This document shows, in pieces, positions 41,062 to 52,590 of a stretch of 64,000 nucleotides of DNA. Under the pieces are notes generated by a model, which did no database searches, had not been told where the DNA came from, and saw only the letters and a program-made list of their open reading frames with translations. The stretch's first letter is position 1; each line of letters starts with the position of its first letter. A program made the translations under genes and the position numbers. This DNA comes from Leucoraja ocellata (lineage: Eukaryota): assembly GCA_036785375.1 (NCBI GenBank), contig JAWMAR010000283.1, positions 62,001 to 126,000 of the forward strand, written 5' to 3'.

Positions 41062-41480
41062 ACACTAGGGCTCTGCAATGTTTTGGGTCGAAACCCTCTT
41101 CAGTCTGTCTATTGGGTGAACATTTTATATCCTTCATGTATTTGAATGTTGAAGCGCTCATGTTTTTACATGACAAAGTTGCAGGGAAGCAGGGTGACTC
41201 AGAGAATTCCTCTGATTCTAGTTGCACAATTTGAATCCTGATATTCAAATAATTATGAGTGACTGACAATCTCGCAATTAGTCATCCAGCAAATCTGGGC
41301 GGAATTCCATAACTAGAATTAACAATCTCATCATGCAACATTGGAATATTGTGGAATATTGATGCACAACCTAGCCTGTTTTGCTTTGTTAGAAACGGCA
41401 GAATGCTTTCAAATAACAAGCTTGGCCAAGATATTAAAGATTCCATTGGTAATACGAGTGAAATATATAGACATGTATAT

Positions 41481-42405
41481 GTCATAGAGTCATAAAGCGT
41501 GGAAACAGGCCCTTCGGCCCAACCTGCCCACGCCGACCAACATGCCCCATCTACAGTAGTCCCACCTGCCTGCTTTGGGCCCATATCCCTCTAAACCTGT
41601 CAATGTTTCTTAAACATTGCAATAGTACCTGCCTCAACTACCTCCACCCACCCACCACCCTTTGTGTAAAAGAGTTACCCCTCAGGTTCTACTGCAGTTG
41701 TACAGGGTCTTAGTGAGACCACACCTGGAGTATTGCGTACAGTTTTGGTCTCCTAATCTGAGGAAAGACATTCTTGCCATAGAGGGAGTACAGAGAAGGT
41801 TCACCAGACTGATTCCTGGGATGGCAGGACATTCATATGAAGAAAGACTGGATAGACTCGGCTTGTACACGCCAGAATTTAGAAGATTGAGGGGGGATCT
41901 TATAGAAACTTACAAAATTCTTAAGGGGTTGGACAGGCTAGATGCAGAAAGATTATTCCCGATGTTGGGGAAGTCCAGAACTAGGGGGTCACAGTTTAAG
42001 GATAAGAGGGAAGTCTTTTAGGACCGAGATGAGAAAATCATTTTTTACACAGAGAGTGGTGAATCTCTGGAATTCTCTGCCACAGAAGGTAGTTGAGGCC
42101 AGTTCATTGGCTATATTTAAGAGGGAGTTAGATGTAGCCCTTGTGGCTAAAGGGTTCAGGGGGTATGGAGAGAAGGCAGGGATGGGATACTGAGTTGGAT
42201 GATCAGCCATGATCATATCGAATGGCGGTGCAGGCTTGAAGGGCCTACTCCTGCACCTATTTTCTATGTTTCTATCCCATTAAATCTTTCTCCCCTCACT
42301 TTAAACCTATGTCCTCTGGTTCTCGATTCCCCTACTCTGGACAAAAGACTGTGTGTGTTTACCTGATCTATTCCTCTCATGATTTTGTATACCTCTATAA
42401 GATAA
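41481..42405 (-). mobile_element. HER1-like CR1 3' fragment, split into 41481-41689 and 42276-42405 by an opposite-strand CR1
   Basis: Tail GGAAACAGGCCCTTCGGCCC is shared with the SINE 3' end. The sequence ...TTACCCCTCAGGTTC resumes as CCCATTAAATCTTTC after the insert. Confidence 0.8.
41684..42275 (+). mobile_element. Young CR1 LINE 3' fragment, same subfamily as 16241-16990
   Basis: LYRVLVRPHLEYCVQFWSP...GYGEKAG with one frameshift near 41985, and a TTTCTATGTTTCTAT tail. Confidence 0.95.
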
Positions 42406-43059
42406 TCTTATGTAAAATTTGTGTTGACCAACTAAGAGTTGTGGTTGTATCTTCCAAAAAACATCAATAGCTAAGATTGTTGCTCATATCTGTAAGCCAG
42501 ATAATTGTAGTCCATATTTTTATGGTATATTTACATATTCTTCATAGCAACCAGGTCAAACTATGGGTAGATATTAATACAATGTGCAGAACAATTGTAA
42601 TTGTATATAGCAACACTTATAACAACCAGGACTTGAAAATGGCTCTAAAAACTGGCGACTCTGTATACTGTCACAGTGTATGGTAGAAACATAGAAAATA
42701 GGTGCAGGAGGAGGCCATTCGGCCCTTCGAGCCAGCACCGCCATTCATGTATAAATGTACTACCATTATACATTTGTAATCTATCTGAGGCATTTATCTA
42801 AGATGTATCTAAGTGCTTATGTAAAGTGATACGTACCGATCTGTATAGAAAAATGAATTTCATGGTACAGGTGGCAATAAAGTACCATTGAACCTATAAG
42901 GATTTATAACATCTTAAATTGTGGTTTTTAAGTGCAGTTAAATTGGTTTCATCAAGAAGTGGAATTTAAAGCATAAAATTATCACACCTTACCCTAGTGG
43001 CAGCCAGCCCGCTGTATAATGCTAATTGTACTTTTAATTACAACATTATTAGGCATTAG

Positions 43060-43535
43060 CTAGGGAGAGTAAATTGGGAGCAGCTGTTATTGAGTAAGTC
43101 CTCATCTGAGATGAGGGAGTCGCTTAAAAACCAACTGATCAAAGATCATGACTGGCATGTTCCAGTCAGGAATAGGGACAGGGATGCCAATGTAACGGGG
43201 CCATGCATAACGAGAGAGGTTGTAAATTTGGTCAAAAAGGGGAAAAAAGCATACATAGGGTTTAAGAAGGTGAAATCAAGCAGGACCTTTGAGGAAGCAG
43301 GCAGGAAGGAATTCAAGCAGAGAATTAGTAGGATTAAAAGAGGCCATGAAACGTCTGAAGCAAATAGGATTAAAGAGAATCCCAAGGCTGTTTATGCATA
43401 CGTTAAAACAAGAGGATAACTAGGGAGAGGATAGAACCACTGGAGGTTAAAGAAGGCAATTTATGCTTAGAGTCAGAGGGTGTCATTGATGAGGACTGAA
43501 TGAGTACTTTCCATCAGTATTCACCAAGGAGAAGG
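43060..43535 (+). mobile_element. CR1 ORF2 linker fragment (upstream of RT)
   Basis: PCITREVVNLVKKGKKAY...ANRIKENPKAVYAYVK is typical CR1 sequence. Confidence 0.8.
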
Positions 43536-44005
43536 TCAGAGAGTCCATCACACAGACCAGACTCCCCACCATTGACCCCATCCACACTTCAGGGTACCTC
43601 AGGAAAGCAGCCATCATAATCAAAGACCTTTACCATCCCGATCATTCTGCCTCATCCCTGCTCCCATCGGGTGAAGATATAAAATTTGAAAACACATGCC
43701 ACCAGTCTCAGGAATACCTTCTTCCTCTATGTTATTAAACTTCTTAACAAGTCCTCCCATAAGCCAGATTACAGTCCCAATTTCCCACCCTACCTCATTG
43801 CAGACATTGGGCTTTGTCTCTAGAACGATTATACTACCATGTAGAGAAACTATATTCTGCACGCTGATGTTTTTCCCTTTGTTCTTACCATTATACTTCT
43901 TTGGCTTGATGGTATTCATGTATAATATCTGATTTGATTAGATAGCACGCAATCAATAGCTTCTCACTGTATTTTGGTGCACGTGACAATAATAAACCTA
44001 ACCCG
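43536..44005 (+). mobile_element. Rex1/Babar-like LINE 3' fragment
   Basis: Decayed KAA.IIKD..HP.H....LLPSG...FF...IKLLN-like segment, homologous in type to the ORF end at 17856-18060. Ends GTGACAATAATAAACC. Confidence 0.7.
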
Positions 44006-44028
44006 AAACATTGTCAAGAATGTACCCT

Positions 44029-44345
44029 GGTGGCACGGTGGCGCAGCGGTATAGTTGCTGCCTTACAGTGCTTGCAGCGCCAGAGACCCAAGTTCGATCC
44101 CGACTACGGGTGCTGTCTGTATGGAGTTTGTACATTCTCCCCATGACTGTGAGGATTTTCTCCAAGATCTTCGGTTTGCTCCCACACTCCAAAGACATAT
44201 AGGTTTGAAGGTTAATTGGCTTGGTATGCGTAAATTGCCCCTAGTGCATGTAGGATAGTGTTAATGTGCGGCGATCACTGGTCGGTACGAACTCGGTGGG
44301 CCGATGGGCCTGTTTCCGTGCTGTATCTCTAAACTAAACTAAAAA
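44029..44345 (+). mobile_element. V-SINE (HE1-like), full length with Pol III boxes
   Basis: A-box TGGCGCAGCGG (44039-44049), B-box GTTCGATCC (44092-44100), V-domain, and (CTAAA)n tail. Confidence 0.93.
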
Positions 44346-45659
44346 AAACGAATGTAGATACTCTTGAGATTATTAAACAAAATGACTATTTCCAGAATTC
44401 CAGGCTTAGGAGAAGGACAATCAAACTTGTTCGCCCAGAAGGAAGATAAATCAGGGACTTCAATGCAGTGTTTATAATGTTGCTGGTCATAAGGGGGTTA
44501 AACAAGTAATAAAATTGAAGTTGTAGTAATGGAACTGAGAAACACGATTGTTAAATTGGTAAGCTCTGGAAAGATCAGAAATTGGAAGAAATTTGGTTAC
44601 CCAATAATAAAGTTGTCTCACATCAAAAATGGTTCATGAATTATTTCTTGGGACAATGAATTGTATCTATCCCAAGGTGGAAAGGAACCTTACAAGGATA
44701 AATGTATGCATATTAAAACACAACGCATGTAGCCTATAAACCTCCTCGCTTTTTGTCCCTGAGAAGCGTCATCTGTGGAATGCAGTCAGGCAGCTTTTGA
44801 ATATGTGCTGTGCTTGGAGCTCAACATTTTTAGGTGCTACATGACCAAGAAGTTTTATGTTTTTAAATAAGTGTTAGTTTTCTGTAAATTGTGCAGAACG
44901 CTATGAGCCCTCATTGCCTTTAAGAAATTAAAATATATTGGTGAGAATAAATCACAGGTTGTACTGTGTTGGTGTGTTTATAAGGGACAGGTTAAGCTTG
45001 CAAATTTGGCTCCATCAAACCCCCCGCCCCTGTGTCGAAATTAAAGCACCTAATGAACAGTGAGCAAACATGGGCAGAGATCCCTGACGATCAATGTTAA
45101 CCAATGTTATGTATTTGCACTTCGTTTGAGACATATACAGTCATACAGCGTGAAAATGGGCCCTTTGGCCAAACTTGCTCACACCAACAAACATGTTCCA
45201 GCTACACTTTTCCCATCTGCCTGCATTTAGCCCATATCCCTCTGAACCTATCCTATCCTGGAATCTCCTACCAGAAATGGGAGAAATGGGTGAGAGCTTT
45301 ATAACAACTTAATGGAATTTGTACTGTTTTCTGAGCTGAATATCAAATATATAATGGCATATCGAATATTAGCTCTGCTCAACTAAATTGCTACATAAGT
45401 TTGTTTGTGTCTTACTTATTAATATTTAAGCAATCTGTGATGAAGCAACTCTGCTCTCCAATGACTTTGAAGGAATCTGCCCGCAAATATCTAACCATCA
45501 CTGAGTCAGACTTTCCTGCCATCAGCTGTTGTCAAATGTCAATCAAGGGGATCGTTGGTGAAGAACAATGCTGATGTCGTCAGGCCGACTGAGCAGCCAA
45601 TTGAAATACTCTGATAGACCATAAATATAGAAGTAAAAGGTACATTTCATCAGTGAATA

Positions 45660-45790
45660 GTTTAGTTTAGAGAAACAGCGCGGAAACAGACCCTTCGGCC
45701 CACCGAGTCCGCAGCGACCAGCATTCCCCGCACATTAACACAAGCCTATACACACTTGGGACAATTTTCACTTATACCAAGTATACAAAC
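45660..45790 (-). mobile_element. V-SINE 3' half
   Basis: TTTAGTTTAGAGAAACAGCGCGGAAACAGACCCTTCGGCCCACCGAGTCCG is the reverse complement of the SINE tail. Confidence 0.85.
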
Positions 45791-45870
45791 CCACTATTTC
45801 TTTCCAAACTCCAGCAAGGAAAGCAGCCATGCCTATATATATGAGCCTTGAAGTTAGAAATAAAATATTA

Positions 45871-46424
45871 CTAGCCTAAGTGGCCACCAAATTCAAATGC
45901 AATTTCATACCATTTCAAGCAGAGCGCAGGCCACCAAATTCAAATGCAATTTTATGCCATTTCAAGCAGAGCGCAGGCCACCAAATTCAAATGCAATTTC
46001 ATACCATTTCAAGCAGAGCACAGGCCACCAAATTCAAATGCAATTTCATACCATTTCAATCAGAGCACAGGCCACCGAATTCAAAATGCAATTTCATACC
46101 ATTTCAAGCAGAGCGTAGGCCACCAAATTCAAATGCAAGTTCATACCATTTGGGCTTTCTACTCCTGCCACCCCCCCCCCGTGGAAGGGGCGTTACCTTC
46201 ATCATGGTGATTGACAGGCGAGATGACCAATCAGCTGATCTCAAGATTTTTTAAACATTCATAACTTTTTTATTTTTCATCGATCGGAAAAATCCTCGGG
46301 GCTGCGTCAGTGGAGGACGACTGTGAGTAAGATGGCCAAAAATCACAGCGATATATGGTACCGTTTTTCCTAAAATCAATATTCAGCGCTGACAGGGTCA
46401 AGATGAGACTTTTGGTTATATAGA
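45871..46424 (-). mobile_element. Non-autonomous Helitron-like element (554 bp) with both termini present
   Basis: Minus strand begins A|TCTATATAACCAAAAG and ends CCACTTAGGCTAG|T, i.e. inserted between A and T with no TSD. The 3' terminus is shared with the element at 1-690. Confidence 0.75.
45882..46151. repeat. 47-bp minisatellite, about 5.7 copies
   Basis: Unit GGCCACCAAATTCAAATGCAATTTCATACCATTTCAAGCAGAGCGCA starts at 45882, 45929, 45976, 46023, 46070 and 46118, with only a few differences per unit and no spacers. Confidence 0.97.
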
Positions 46425-46469
46425 TTACATTTTACATTAATTTGTTCTTGTTTTTTTTTAATTTTCTGT

Positions 46470-46748
46470 GACAGTGGCACAACGGTGGAGTTGCTGCCTT
46501 CCAGTGCCAGAGGCCCGAGTTCGATCCTGACTAGGGGGCCTGTCTGTCCAAATTTCTGTACATTTTCCCTGTGACCGTGTGCATTTTCTCCAGGTGCTCC
46601 GGTTTCCTCCCACACTCCAAAGGCATACAGGTTTGTAGGTTAATTGGCTTCGATAAAATTGTAAATTGTGTGTAGGATAGTGCGAGTGTACGGGGTGAGC
46701 TGGTTGGTGGGCTGAAGGGCTTGTTTCCGCACTGTGTCTCTAAAGTCC
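46470..46748 (+). mobile_element. V-SINE (HE1-like)
   Basis: B-box GTTCGATCC, V-domain, and GGGCTGAAGGGCTTGTTTCCG tail. Confidence 0.9.
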
Positions 46749-46814
46749 GAAGTTATGCTTTATGTTTCAATCTGAATGGAAACCAATATCTAGTTTGTGC
46801 TAGAGTCCAGTTTT

Positions 46815-47100
46815 GCCCTCGTGTTTTATGCCTCTAGCTCCAATCTAGGCTGCCACTGGGGACATCAGTAAATCTGCAGTGCACAGATGTATAGAGTAGG
46901 TGACTGATGCATTGTTTGCCAGAGGTAGCACTTAACTTTCCCCGTGGACAGCCAACAACAGCATGAGGGGCCACAGCATTTTTCAAGTAGCAAGGTTACC
47001 CAAGGTCCAGTGTGTTATTGATGGTACCCAAATGGCCCTGTGTGCTTCAGTGTACAATAATTGTTCATTCATGACTGCAAAGGATTACCCCACTATTAAT
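46815..47100 (+). pseudogene. Decayed PIF/Harbinger (HARBI1-like) transposase fragment
   Basis: Across frameshifts and a stop: ALVFYASSS / AATGDISKSAVHRCIE*VTDALFAR / FQVARLPKVQCVIDGTQMAL...KDYPTIN. This parallels the Harbinger motifs ALxFYASG..GD..S..AVHRCIxEVTDAL and F..IAGFP.V.GAIDCTH...RKG.HSIN. Confidence 0.72.
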
Positions 47101-48239
47101 GAGCCACCATCTGCACAGAAGCATGCAGGTAAACGTCTGCAGCTTAAGCAGCATTTCTCATCCCTTTGTTTTAAGGCAATATGCAATGCCACCCAGAAAA
47201 AGAGAGTGTAAAATTAGTTCCCAGGAGATTAATTTTAAGCCCTGCAGCTCAAACTCATGAGTCTCCATAGCAACTATGTCCAGGTAAAATAAGGTACACT
47301 CATCCACCAAATTTATCCTCCAATATGCTATAGTGTTTGGTAATAACAGAGACCCTGCAACACAGTATAATAAAATAGATGTTGCTGAGATGAGAAAGTT
47401 ATGCAACTGGAAATACCAGACAATGATCAGCAAAGATATGACATGGTAGGAGAATATATTGAATTAATTGCTACTGAAACATACTGTCAGGTACTTGTTT
47501 GCAGGTACGTGCAGAACCACATTACCACATTCTCAGTATCTATCCACTCATTAAGGAGCAGTGCTCCCAATTCTTCCAAATCCTGAAGAATACATCTTCA
47601 CCTACAGTAACATGACATTTACTGAGCTGCTGCAGGTGTCAGCCCTTGGCAAAGTCCGACTCCATAACAAGAAATATCTCCAGAGACAGTTCCACTGAAA
47701 TAAATGCAAGTAAATGTCCATCCTGTGCTTATGAACTGTCTGTTTAGTTCCTCATACAGTGTGCATTTGGCCTACCTAAGAGTACCTGCATAATACATAC
47801 AATCAAGACAATCTTTCCAAAGTCACCAGCTTCAACATTTCTCCATCTGCAATAATTGAACTATTCCTGACAACTTCACAGCCAAACACTACAGTGAACA
47901 TAGTGATGGAAGAAATTGCCAATACGTCATTTATCTAGCACTTGTTCACCCCCAACCTACTTACTTATACTTTGGTTGGGCTAGCCCGTTTTTAGGTCTT
48001 GGGTTATTATTTAGACTTAGAAGCTAGATGTCAAGAAGGGAAAAGAACAGCCCTTGCAATCAAGACAGCTTTCAACCAAGTGCTGCAACGAGGTACGAGA
48101 AATATATGATATACATTGGAAAATCCCTTAATAGCCGACAAAGGAAGATAGTTGTCATTGTTGGTGAATCAGAGAAGTAGAATATTGTTGTTGCAATGCC
48201 ATCTTGTTGAAATCTCTTCAGCTATCGGGGAACCCAGAG

Positions 48240-48520
48240 TAGGGAGATCAAGAACCAAAAAGACATAGGTCTGACGGGAAAGATTTAATATGAACCTGAG
48301 GGGCATCTTTTTCACACAAGAGTGGTGGGCATATGGAACGAGCTGCCAAAGGAGGTAGTTGAATCAGATACTATAACAACATTTAAAATACATTTGGACA
48401 AGTGCATGGATAGGAAAGGTTTAGAGCGACATGGGCAAGTGCGACTAGTGTAGACAGGGCACCTTGGTCAACATAGGCAAGTTGGACCGAAGGGTCTGTT
48501 CCCATGCTGTAGGATTTTAT
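48240..48520 (+). mobile_element. HER1-like CR1 3' fragment
   Basis: TTTTCACACAAGAGTGGTGGGCATATGGAACGAGCTGCC...TTGGACCGAAGGGTCTGTTCCCATGCTGTA. Confidence 0.8.
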
Positions 48521-48659
48521 GTAGCTTTTGGCATCATGGGTTTAAGTTTCACTGGACAGTTGGATGCAAATAAGTGAATAGGTTCAAGAAAAATTAGACA
48601 TGAAAACAGTAATGAATCGTGGCCATCTCCTCACTTGTTCAGATGTGTGTCCTCCTCAA

Positions 48660-48946
48660 AGTTTTGTTTTGTTTATTGTCACATGTATCAAGGTACAGTG
48701 AAAAGCTTTTGTTGTGTGCTAACAAGTCATGCATGATTACAATCGAGCCATCCACAGTGTCCAGATGCATGATAAAGTGAATAACGTTTAGTAGAAGATG
48801 AAGTCCAGTAAAGTCTGATTAAAGATGGTCCAAGGGTCTCCAATGAGGTAGATAGTAGCTCAAGACCACTCTCTAGGTTGTTGGTAGGATGGTTCACTTG
48901 CCTGATAACAGCTGGAAAGAAACTGTCCCTGAATCTGAAGGTGTGC
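48660..48946 (-). mobile_element. Rex1/Babar-like LINE 3' end
   Basis: The minus-strand frame FRDSFFPAVIRQVN resembles the ORF end at 17856; tail GTGACAATAAAC. Confidence 0.75.
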
Positions 48947-51900
48947 ATTGATGATAGTTTGATTTACGTTTCCTCTCATTTCGTGGACTGCCTTCTGCGA
49001 GTCAATTAGCAAAGGTATGAGTGAATACATGAATAAGTCGCACAGTCGACTAAGTGGACAGAACCTGTTAGAGAGGAGACTATTTAAGAACCAAGGGAAG
49101 AGATATGTACAAGGGAGGTTTCTTTTCCAGTGCACCCTTCTCCACAATAGCCAGTCATGAGAAGCACTTAAGGTTCTATAATCCCATAACTCCAATATCA
49201 ATATATGCTTTGTAGATGGCAGATGGTGGAATTCCTTCTAAAATGCAAGCTACCAAAGAGAAGCATTATTGACACTGAGAAGCTTGACTCCAGTGTGTAA
49301 ATGAGGCTGACCCTGGAGACTGAGGCAAGGTCAACAAAGTAAAGGTTAGATGAATGCCAATGACAAACTGCCAAATTGAAGGCCTCAGACCAAAATTAGA
49401 GCTTCACTGATAGGATTGTAAAAAATGTTGAAATATCCATTGCACAAATGTTCTATCTGTATTTGCATCATGCATCAGCTAAACCCAGCCTTTAATTATT
49501 TAGCACTGTTTCCACACAATGGTAGATTTAATCCAGATAAATAGTAGTATAACTATGAAATTGGTTGCCACCTGCCTAGCTAATGGATTGGAATGAGGAA
49601 ACAATGGAAAATGGCCCTGTTGAAGTTATATTCAGTTTTGGGAAAGAAATATAAAAAGGCGTTAGCAATATTACTAATTGAACATCTTCAGATGACAAGA
49701 AAGTCGATTCCAAGGGAGAAGAGCATGCAAACAGGAAGGTGATGAGTGACTATGAAGTGATGACAGTGAGCCGAGCTAGAAAATGGAGAGAGGGAAACAT
49801 ACCCCTACTTCCTGAATACCAGCAAGTTCTGTAGTGAGCAGATTAAGTTGCAGTGGGCAAAAAATGTTCTTCAACATGGATCAAGTTGGCTGCTGCGGAT
49901 TATATTTGGGAAGCTAAAAGGTCATTCGCAGATTGGCAGATGACCTTGAGGGAGCAGGTAAGGCCTGAGCTGGTTTTTCCACATTCCTGCTTACATTTTC
50001 TGTTGCCTTCATGTCGGTACAGGATGGCACTCAAAATGTAGCAGAGTATTCTTGAGACAACTTTAAATGCATAAATTAGAAAAATGAAATGCAATTGTTG
50101 GCAGAGAAATATGCACTCGGGAAGGCATATTTATGTGATATTTGAAACTTGGTGGTTGCAGAAGTAGCCTCCAGTAAGAAATGATTTTCACTTTAACTAA
50201 TATGATTAACTCTTTCACCACTTATTGAGTAGAGAATGGAAAAGGCAGATAGTATGGGCGCTGTAGTTTTAATGAAAGGTATGCATATGAAGGAATCCAG
50301 CCCTTGGTTTTTATTTTTGTTTTCCCTGCTTGTAGATTAGGTAAGTTAATTGAACAAGTCACTGACTGCTGTTAACATGGGGGTGGTAGGTGCAGGAGAA
50401 TGGGCAGGGTTTAACCAGTTGTTCAAGCAGCTGGGCATTTTTCTTCCAAAAACAGTCAAAAGTTCAAGTCACAGCAAGCCTGTCACTCACTGTCGCTCAC
50501 CTCGGGAGCTGGCTCTGGTCTGCTTTCTGCCTGATGACCAGATGACTTGTCTCTGGGTCCTTTCTTCTCCACTGGTGACTGGGGGTGGGTGCTGCACAAA
50601 ACTGAGTGAATGGTGGGCTCATGCTCTGCAGACCCCAGCTCCTTTGCACATATTTGCAAGAGCACCGTGGAGTAAAGGGTTGCACTCAGTGCTGTAGAGC
50701 GCACGCGTGAGAGGAATTAGCTCCATCGGTCTCACTCCCACAAAGTTCCCATTTTGTGGTGGCTGCATTTTGCATAACACAACAGCCCTGGAGAACCCGT
50801 GGCTTTTTCCCAATGTCCTACTTCCATCTGCAGGTGTGTGGTATTGAAACCAAAGAGTAAATATTTGAGAGTGTAAAATAATCTTCAAAGTTTTACTTAA
50901 ATGCGGATTCTTTTTTTTTCATCCTTAGGAACATTATTTGCAAACATTTGCACAATGCATTAGACATTTCCAAATACCTGAAAGTCGAAAGTGACATAGG
51001 TAGATGGAATATCACTGAGTAAACCTGGATCATTGAAAAGATGGAAATAAATTATTGAGAATTGTGTCCTTTAGTATGACACTATCATGGTAAATGATTT
51101 AATGTACTTCTGTGCTTATTTCCAACTCCATTACTCGATTCGTTTATGAAATAGTCATTTAAGATTAATTCACTATGGTATCAAAATTGAACAAGCTATG
51201 TTCAGTGCTACTTTTCATGAAGGGTGAACTATCCCCTGCCACTAACTGTTATTACACAACTATATATTGCTGTCAGCTGCAGTCTTCAAAGCTTAAAAAA
51301 GTTCCTGACACCAGCTATTGCTTTTCAGCACCAATGCTTCCAGCTGCTAACTAGATCTCCTCATTGCTAAATATCTCTTCCCTGTAAAACTTCCTCTAGC
51401 ATCCATTTTCAGTGGATTAATATCTCCTGTCATTGTTACTGAGCGCTGATACTTAATATTGCTACCTGAGACATTTTGCTTTAAAACATTATTTTCAACA
51501 TTAAATCAAAGGTGCAAGCTTTGTTGCTATTTAAACATTTCATTTAAGGCAAATTGCATTATTTTTCTCAAAAATACAGGGAGTTATTTGCATAATGAAT
51601 AAAGTTTTTTTTTGTCAATGAAATACTCTGATCTCTCATTCTGTGACTGTCCTGGATTAAGGCGCATCAAGGCTCCCAACATTTTTTTAAATTCCTGTGC
51701 CTGGATTATGTGTTTCATTCAACCCTTAAATTGCTTACTTAAATTTCTCAAGCAGAACAATCAGAACTGTGGAATTCAATCACATAAAGCTGCTAATATA
51801 GTTACTATGGATCACATTTTCCACTGATTTCTTGATTGTGGGAATATTTTTCTAACTAACACTTGATGCAACTTTTAATGAAATGGTATTTGGAATTGAT

Positions 51901-52465
51901 TAATATAAATGTCACAAATAACTTACAACATAACTAATACAAGCAATTATTATTTGCAATAGTATTCTCAGCATCACAGTAATATTCTGAACGTTACCTG
52001 ATCCCACCACCCATCTTTGTCCAATAATGTAAGTGCATCTCACTCTTGTATTATCGGATCTGCAAAATCATTGATTCTTATAATTTTCTGAGTTCTTGAT
52101 TCTTATTTTCTGATTTAGATTGTTTGTTTCTGGTCTCCCTAATATTAGAAGTGTACTGATATGTTCATGTTGGATCACTTGTGACAAAGTTGGATTTTGA
52201 GCATGATTGAGAATGAGTTAAGTTGAATTGAACGTTAATATTTTTACAGAATAATGTTTCGTCGTACTCTGAATCGTATAATTACCGGGGCTGAGGGAGA
52301 TAATTCTACCGAGCACTTCCTCGGCCATTCAAAGGATAAAACATGCTGCATCTAAGCTGTTAAAAAACCACAGCAATCTTGGTATTTGCTGCAACCTTGT
52401 TTGCTTCGCGAATACTACGTTATAAACTAGTATGTGACCGTTAACAAAATAATTTACCAGACATA

Positions 52466-52590
52466 CTGAAGAAGGGTCTCGACCCGAAACGTCGCCTATT
52501 CCTTCGTTCCATAGATGCTGCCTCACCCGCTGAGTTTGTCCAGCTTTTTTGTCTACCTTCGGGTTTTCCAGCATCTGCAGTTCTTTATTA
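52466..52590 (+). mobile_element. Penelope-like element terminal fragment beginning with a minimal hammerhead-ribozyme core
   Basis: CTGAAGA-A-GGGTC-TC-GACCC-GAAA-CGTC (52466-52493), followed by GATGCTGCCTCACCCGCTGAGTT..CCAGC...CCAGCATCTGCAGTTC, which recurs elsewhere in the window. Confidence 0.7.

Noticed and set aside
44029-44105. tRNA gene suggested by the A and B boxes
   Set aside because: It is the tRNA-derived head of a SINE, continuing into the V-domain, with no complete cloverleaf.
45882-46151. CRISPR-like appearance of the regular 47-bp repeats, and the repetitive ORFs over them
   Set aside because: The units are head-to-tail with no unique spacers, there are no cas genes, and the context is a vertebrate genome. 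The ORFs are by-products of the repeat.
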